Shown piece by piece: positions 58,428 through 64,000 of a stretch of 64,000 nucleotides of DNA (positions are counted from its first letter, which is position 1; every line of letters begins with the position of its first letter). Origin of the DNA: Candidatus Zhuqueibacterota bacterium (lineage in GTDB: Bacteria > Zhuqueibacterota > Zhuqueibacteria > Thermofontimicrobiales > Thermofontimicrobiaceae); the NCBI GenBank assembly GCA_049322915.1, contig JBMOPW010000035.1, positions 1 to 64,000 of the forward strand. Direction: 5' to 3'. Made by a program: the position numbers and the translations under genes. The notes below the pieces were generated by a model. It worked only from the letters and a program-made list of their open reading frames with translations. It did no database searches and had not been told where the DNA came from.

Positions 58428-61400
58428 ATGAAAACCTTCACTCATTACATTCGATTTTTGTTGTTCACCGTTTTATTAATGGCCGTTGCCGTTCCCGGCT
58501 ATGGCCAGTTCACAGATATTGGCGCAGGCCTGACCGGGGTTTATTATAGTTCTGTTGCCTGGGGTGACTATGACAACGATGGCGACCTCGACATGCTGCT
58601 CACAGGAAACGACCTGTCCGGTGGCGCCATCGCCAAAGTCTATCAAAATACTGTTGCGGGTTTTGCCGAAATCAGCGCGGGTTTGATGGGGGTGGGACAA
58701 AGCTCTGTGGCCTGGGGCGATTATGACAACGACGGTGATCTGGATATTTTGCTCACCGGAGAAAATGTTTCGGACATCAGTATTACCAAGGTGTATCAAA
58801 ATGCGAATGGTGTTTTCACCGATATCAGTGCGAGCCTGGTCGGAGTTGATGGAGGCTCTGCAGCCTGGGGCGACTATGACAACGACGGCGACCTTGATAT
58901 CCTGCTCACGGGCGCCGGTGGTTATGGCAAAACTGCCAGGATCTATCAGAATAACGGCGGTGTTTTTACCAATATTAGCGCCAACTTGCCCGGCATATCC
59001 AGGGGTGCAACAGCGTGGGGCGATTATGACAACGACGGCGATCTCGATATTTTGCTAACGGGCAGTACCGATTCCGGCCTGATTGCCAAAGTCTATCAGA
59101 ATACCAACGGCATTTTTGCGGACATAGACGCAGGCCTCACCGGGATTTGGTACAGCGCTGTCGCCTGGGGCGACTATGACAACGACGGTGACCTCGACAT
59201 CCTGATTGCGGGCATGGCGGGCAGTACAGGCAGCAGTAATATTGCCAAAATCTATCAAAATACCGCCGGCGTTTTTACCGATATTGGCGCTGACCTGGCA
59301 AGAGTCATGAATGGCTCCGTTGCCTGGGGCGACTATGATAACGATGGCGACCTCGATATCTTGTTAACAGGACAAGATAGTTGGGGTGGGTATATTGCCC
59401 AGGTCTATCAAAATGTTAATGGCATTTTCACAGACATCGGCGCAGATCTGGCGCAAGTTACCAACGCTTCGGTGGCCTGGGGTGATTTTAACAATGATAG
59501 TAAACTTGATATCCTTTTAACGGGTATGTCCGCTTCAGGCGAGATCGCCAAAATCTATCGCAATGACGGCGCCGTCTTAAACACTGTCCCTTCGGCGCCC
59601 GGCAATTTAAGTGTCGTGGTGAACGCCAACGCCGTTGCGCTCAGTTGGGATGCGGCTTCCGATGCTCAAACTCCCAGCGCCGGGCTGACCTACAATCTGA
59701 TGGTCGGCACCAGTTCCAACGGCATTGACATCAATTCACCGATGGCAGACATTGCCACCGGCTACCGCCGCGTGGTGCAATTGGGCGGCACCAATCACAA
59801 TGAATCGTGGACACTGAAGAATTTGCCTGGTGGCGATTATTTCTGGCGCGTGCAGGCCGTGGATGCGGCGTTTGCCGGCTCGCCTTTTTCGGGAGAAGGA
59901 GCGTTCTCCGTCAGCCCCGAAATCGATGTTCAAAGCAACGCCACCTCTATTGCCAACGGCGATAACACGCCTGCAACCGGCGACGGCACCGATTTTGGCG
60001 CTGCGCCAATTCTCACCGGTGTCGTAGATCATGTTTTTACCATTCTCAATACCGGAACCGCGGTTTTAAACCTCACCGGCGCGCCGATGGTGCAAATCAG
60101 CGGAGCGAATGCGGAGGACTTTTCGGTGACGGTAGAGCCGGCAAGCCCGGTGGCGGCGGGCGGTAGCACGAATTTTACTGTGCATTTTGACCCGAGCGCC
60201 GAAGGAGTTCGTACAGCAACCATCAGCATTGCCAATGACGATAGCGATGAGAATCCGTACGAGTTTGCCATTCAAGGCACGGGCGTCCTGGAACCGTTCA
60301 CCGACATGGGCAGCATGGGCGTGGCCAGCGTGGCTAATATTGGTGATCGTTCCTTAGCCTGGGGCGATTATGACAACGACGGCGATCTTGATATTTTGCT
60401 AACGGGTAGTGCCGATTCCGACTTGATCGCCAAAGTCTATCAAAATACAGGCAGCGGTTTCACCGACATCGGCGCGGCCCTACCTGGTTTGAATACTGGT
60501 TCTGTGGCCTGGGGAGATTATGACAATGACGGCGACCTTGACATTTTGCTATCAGGCTACAACGGTCAGGGAGACAATATCGCTCGAGTATACTGCAATG
60601 ACGGCGGCGCTTTCAGCGACATTGGCGCCGGCCTGACCGGGGTTAACGAAAGTTCCGTAGCCTGGGGCGACTATGACAATGACGGCGACCTCGACATCTT
60701 GCTTACGGGCGACAGTGGCTCCGACGAAATTGCCAAAGTCTATCAAAATACCGGCGGCGCTTTTGTCGACATCGGCGCCAGCTTGACCGGAGTTAGTCAG
60801 AGTTCAGTTGCCTGGGGCGACTATGACAATGACGGCGATCTGGACATTTTGCTCACCGGATATCATCCCGGCCAAACATCAGGCGGCGAAACAACTATTA
60901 TCTATCAAAATACCGGGGGCGTTTTCTCCGCTATCGGAGCAAGTGTGAACAGAATTAGAAATGGCTCGGTCGCCTGGGGCGACTATGACAACGACGGCGA
61001 CCTCGATATTCTGCTTACAGGTAATGGCATTGCCGAAATTTATCAGAATACCGACGGCGTTTTTACCGACATCGGCGCGGGTTTGACCGGAGTCTCCAAT
61101 GGCTCCGCAGCCTGGGGCGACTATGACAACGATGGCGACCTCGACATCCTGCTCGCAGGTAGCGTCCCCCAACAATATATCACTAAAATCTATCAGAATA
61201 CCGGCGGTGCTTTCACCGACATTGGCGCAAGCTTGCCCGGACTCTCCCAAAGCTCTCCAACCTGGGGAGACTATGACAACGACGGCGATTTAGACTTTAT
61301 ACAAACAGGATATGATGTTTCAACACCTGAATATAACAAAGTCTGCAAAATCTATCGCAACAATAGCGCCGTATGCAACACCGTGCCTTCCGCGCCCGGC

Positions 61401-64000
61401 AATTTGAACGCGGCGGTGAACGATGAGGAGGTAACGCTTAGCTGGAATGCGGCTTCCGATGCCCAAACGGCGAGCGCCGGGCTGACCTACAATCTCATGG
61501 TGGGCACCACATCCAACGGCGTTGACGTCAGCTCTCCCATGGCGAATGTGAGTAACGGTTGGCGCCGCGTGGTGCAATTGGGCGGGACCAATCACAACGA
61601 GTCTTGGACGCTGAAGAATCTGCCTGTTGGCGATTATTTCTGGCGCGTGCAGGCAGTGGATGCGGCGTTTGCCGGCTCGCCGTTTTCGGCGCAGGCAACA
61701 TTTTCTGTTGGTTCGCCCGAAATGGACGTACAGGGCAACGGCGTCTCCATTGCCGATGGCGATGACACGCCTGCAACCAGCGACGACACCGATTTCGGCG
61801 AGGTCGAAGTGGCAGCCGGCGCTGTCGAGCATACGTTCACCATTGAGAATACCGGCAATACGGAGTTGAACCTCACCGGCGGTTCGCCGCTGGTGGTGGT
61901 GACCGGCAACGGCTTTTCACTGGTCACTGACGCCGCGACACCGGTAGCTGCCGACGGCGGCACTGCCACTTTCACCATTCGCTTTGAGCCAGCAACGGCT
62001 GGCGTCGTTACCGGCAATGTCTCCATTGCTAACGACGACGCGGATGAGAATCCGTATGACTTCGCCATTCAAGGCGCGGGAATGGGCGCGGCGGAGATGG
62101 ATGCGCTCGGCAACTCCGTTTCAATTGCCGACGGCGACGCCACGCCTTCTTCTGCGGATCACACCGACTTCGGCTCTGCCGATATTTCGAGCGGCAGCGT
62201 GGATCGAGTCTTCACAATTGCCAACCTCGGCAACCTGGATTTGAATCTCACCGGCGCGCCGAAAGTGCAAATCGGTGGAGCAAATGCCGCGGACTTCTCC
62301 GTGACCGTGCAGCCGTCGAGTCCAGTTGCAGCGAGCGGCAATACGACTTTCACGGTGCATTTCGATCCGAGCGTGGTTGGCTTGCGCAGCGCGACGGTGA
62401 GCATTGCCAACGACGACGCGAACGAGAATCCGTATGACTTCGCCATTCAAGGCGCGGGAATGGGTACGCCGGAGATGGACGTGCAGGGCAACGGCGCTTC
62501 AATTGCCGATGGCGATAACACGCCTGCAACCAGCGACGATACTGACTTCGGCGAGGTCGAAGTGGCAACGGGTGCAGTCGAGCACACGTTCACCATTGAA
62601 AATACCGGCAATGCGGAGTTGAACCTCACCGGCGGTTCGCCGCTGGTGGTCGTGACCGGCGACGGCTTTTCACTGGTCACCGACGCCGCGACACAGGTAG
62701 CTGCCGACGGCGGCACTGCCACTTTCACCATTCGCTTTGAGCCCACTGCGGCTGGCGTCGCTTCCGGCGCTGTCTCTATTGCCAATGACGATGCGGATGA
62801 AAATCCGTACGACTTTGCCATTCAAGGCAGCGGCGTGGTTCCGGTTGCCAGCGACTGGACCGATGTTTCTCCGGGTACGGCTCCGGCGCCGCGCTACTGG
62901 CATGCTACAGCCTATATTGGCGACGGACAAATCCTCCTGTTTGGCGGAACCAATGGCGGTTACACTGCTTACAATGATACCTGGCTGTACGATATTGACA
63001 GCAATACCTGGACAAATAAACAACCGGCCAATGCCCCCGGTGGACGCGTGCGCATGGCCATGGCCTATATCGGCGATGGCAAAGTGCTGATGTACGGCGG
63101 CAGCCCGGTGATTCCACTATTCGGCGCCAATCCGGCTTCCGAAACCTGGCTCTACAATCTGGCAACAAACAGTTGGACCAAGCTTTCCCCCAGCGGCGCA
63201 CCGCCGGCCCTGGATGGACACGGCATGTGTTTCAGCGGCGGCTCCGACAAAGTGCTGCTATTCGGCGGACGGCTCATCAAACAATATACCCGCAGCGATC
63301 AGACCTGGATTTTTGACCTGAGTGAAAATAAATGGACCCGCAAGAGCGCCAACAAGACGCGCCCCGGCGCTCGCGCCTCGTTTGCCATGGCCTACTTTGG
63401 CACAGACCAGGCCGTGATCTTTGGCGGCTTCACCGGCGTCACCCAGCTTGACGAGACCTGGCTGTATGATCGCGGTTCCGATAAATGGACGAAGCTTTCG
63501 CCCACCGAAAAACCGGCGGCTCGCTACAATCACACCGCCGCCTGGCTTGGCGACGACCGCATCATGATTTTTGGCGGACGCGCCGACATCATCAGCGATC
63601 CCAATAGCAACAGCGAAACGGTCATTTATGGTGACACCTGGGTGTTTGACCAAAGCGACAACACCTGGATCGAGGACGACAACAACGACAGCAGTCCGGC
63701 CGAGCGGGCTAATCCGCGGCTGGCCGAAACCAGCCTGGATGGCTCCAGTCGTATCGTGCTGTTTGGCGGTAATACCGATGCCGAGGTTTTCGGCGATACC
63801 TGGACCTTTGGCGGCGCCGATTATCTCGCCAAAGGAAATATCCTGGTTGAACTGGGCGGCGAGGATGGCGCTGAACAACCGCTACTGACCAATGAACCAG
63901 AGATACCATCGGAATTTGAGCTGGAACAAAACTATCCCAACCCGTTCAATCCGCAGACTGAAATTCGATTCAACCTGCCGGAAGATGGAATCGTATCGCT
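58428..64000 (+). CDS. Giant secreted protein: 2x seven-blade FG-GAP propeller, 2x Fn3, 4x Ig-like (choice-of-anchor D type), six Kelch repeats, QNYPNPFNP sorting domain; 3' end beyond window
   Basis: Manual translation from ATG 58428 (MKTFTHYIRFLL...) stays open to the window end (>1857 aa); 14x WGD(Y/F)xND; 4x IANDDxxENPYxFAIQG; 6x (F/Y)GG...TW; GGGAG RBS. Confidence 0.93.
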   Translation, partial: MKTFTHYIRFLLFTVLLMAVAVPGYGQFTDIGAGLTGVYYSSVAWGDYDNDGDLDMLLTGNDLSGGAIAKVYQNTVAGFAEISAGLMGVGQSSVAWGDYDNDGDLDILLTGENVSDISITKVYQNANGVFTDISASLVGVDGGSAAWGDYDNDGDLDILLTGAGGYGKTARIYQNNGGVFTNISANLPGISRGATAWGDYDNDGDLDILLTGSTDSGLIAKVYQNTNGIFADIDAGLTGIWYSAVAWGDYDNDGDLDILIAGMAGSTGSSNIAKIYQNTAGVFTDIGADLARVMNGSVAWGDYDNDGDLDILLTGQDSWGGYIAQVYQNVNGIFTDIGADLAQVTNASVAWGDFNNDSKLDILLTGMSASGEIAKIYRNDGAVLNTVPSAPGNLSVVVNANAVALSWDAASDAQTPSAGLTYNLMVGTSSNGIDINSPMADIATGYRRVVQLGGTNHNESWTLKNLPGGDYFWRVQAVDAAFAGSPFSGEGAFSVSPEIDVQSNATSIANGDNTPATGDGTDFGAAPILTGVVDHVFTILNTGTAVLNLTGAPMVQISGANAEDFSVTVEPASPVAAGGSTNFTVHFDPSAEGVRTATISIANDDSDENPYEFAIQGTGVLEPFTDMGSMGVASVANIGDRSLAWGDYDNDGDLDILLTGSADSDLIAKVYQNTGSGFTDIGAALPGLNTGSVAWGDYDNDGDLDILLSGYNGQGDNIARVYCNDGGAFSDIGAGLTGVNESSVAWGDYDNDGDLDILLTGDSGSDEIAKVYQNTGGAFVDIGASLTGVSQSSVAWGDYDNDGDLDILLTGYHPGQTSGGETTIIYQNTGGVFSAIGASVNRIRNGSVAWGDYDNDGDLDILLTGNGIAEIYQNTDGVFTDIGAGLTGVSNGSAAWGDYDNDGDLDILLAGSVPQQYITKIYQNTGGAFTDIGASLPGLSQSSPTWGDYDNDGDLDFIQTGYDVSTPEYNKVCKIYRNNSAVCNTVPSAPGNLNAAVNDEEVTLSWNAASDAQTASAGLTYNLMVGTTSNGVDVSSPMANVSNGWRRVVQLGGTNHNESWTLKNLPVGDYFWRVQAVDAAFAGSPFSAQATFSVGSPEMDVQGNGVSIADGDDTPATSDDTDFGEVEVAAGAVEHTFTIENTGNTELNLTGGSPLVVVTGNGFSLVTDAATPVAADGGTATFTIRFEPATAGVVTGNVSIANDDADENPYDFAIQGAGMGAAEMDALGNSVSIADGDATPSSADHTDFGSADISSGSVDRVFTIANLGNLDLNLTGAPKVQIGGANAADFSVTVQPSSPVAASGNTTFTVHFDPSVVGLRSATVSIANDDANENPYDFAIQGAGMGTPEMDVQGNGASIADGDNTPATSDDTDFGEVEVATGAVEHTFTIENTGNAELNLTGGSPLVVVTGDGFSLVTDAATQVAADGGTATFTIRFEPTAAGVASGAVSIANDDADENPYDFAIQGSGVVPVASDWTDVSPGTAPAPRYWHATAYIGDGQILLFGGTNGGYTAYNDTWLYDIDSNTWTNKQPANAPGGRVRMAMAYIGDGKVLMYGGSPVIPLFGANPASETWLYNLATNSWTKLSPSGAPPALDGHGMCFSGGSDKVLLFGGRLIKQYTRSDQTWIFDLSENKWTRKSANKTRPGARASFAMAYFGTDQAVIFGGFTGVTQLDETWLYDRGSDKWTKLSPTEKPAARYNHTAAWLGDDRIMIFGGRADIISDPNSNSETVIYGDTWVFDQSDNTWIEDDNNDSSPAERANPRLAETSLDGSSRIVLFGGNTDAEVFGDTWTFGGADYLAKGNILVELGGEDGAEQPLLTNEPEIPSEFELEQNYPNPFNPQTEIRFNLPEDGIVS

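Noticed and set aside
58550..61300. Regularly spaced ~35-bp repeats resembling a CRISPR array
   Set aside because: They are in-frame FG-GAP codons (WGDYDNDGDLD) with a ~150-bp period inside one long ORF; no cas genes are present.

Overview
A 64-kb bacterial chromosomal segment with no rRNA, tRNA, CRISPR array or intact transposase. Secreted proteins ending in the 'QNYPNPFNP' sorting domain, a hybrid two-component system and multiheme cytochromes suggest an anaerobic FCB-type organism (KSB1/Calditrichota-like; this is inference). Left to right: (1) a TIR-STAND NTPase-TPR (NLR-like) gene running off the left edge, absent from the ORF track; (2) a 1366-aa secreted modular protein with a degenerate metzincin motif, behind a long structured leader; (3) a minus-strand housekeeping run: cyclophilin, YgiQ radical SAM, Zn-ADH, Eis-like GNAT, ATL, carAB, sugar ABC transporter, M48 protease, MenG/UbiE and a heptose-pathway-like cluster; (4) a Wzx/Wzy exopolysaccharide cluster with two identically spaced putative sigma54 enhancer-promoter cassettes; (5) a tandem GT2, a tetraheme c554-type cytochrome and a 19-heme CbcL-like c/b cytochrome; (6) GH78 rhamnosidase, NCS1-type transporter, a 59-aa membrane protein and an HTCS; (7) a >1857-aa FG-GAP/Fn3/Ig/Kelch secreted protein running off the right edge, also absent from the ORF track. 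Intergenic DNA carries many MITE, REP and heptamer-repeat relics, and some of these sit in frame inside proteins. All family assignments come from motif reading, not database searches.
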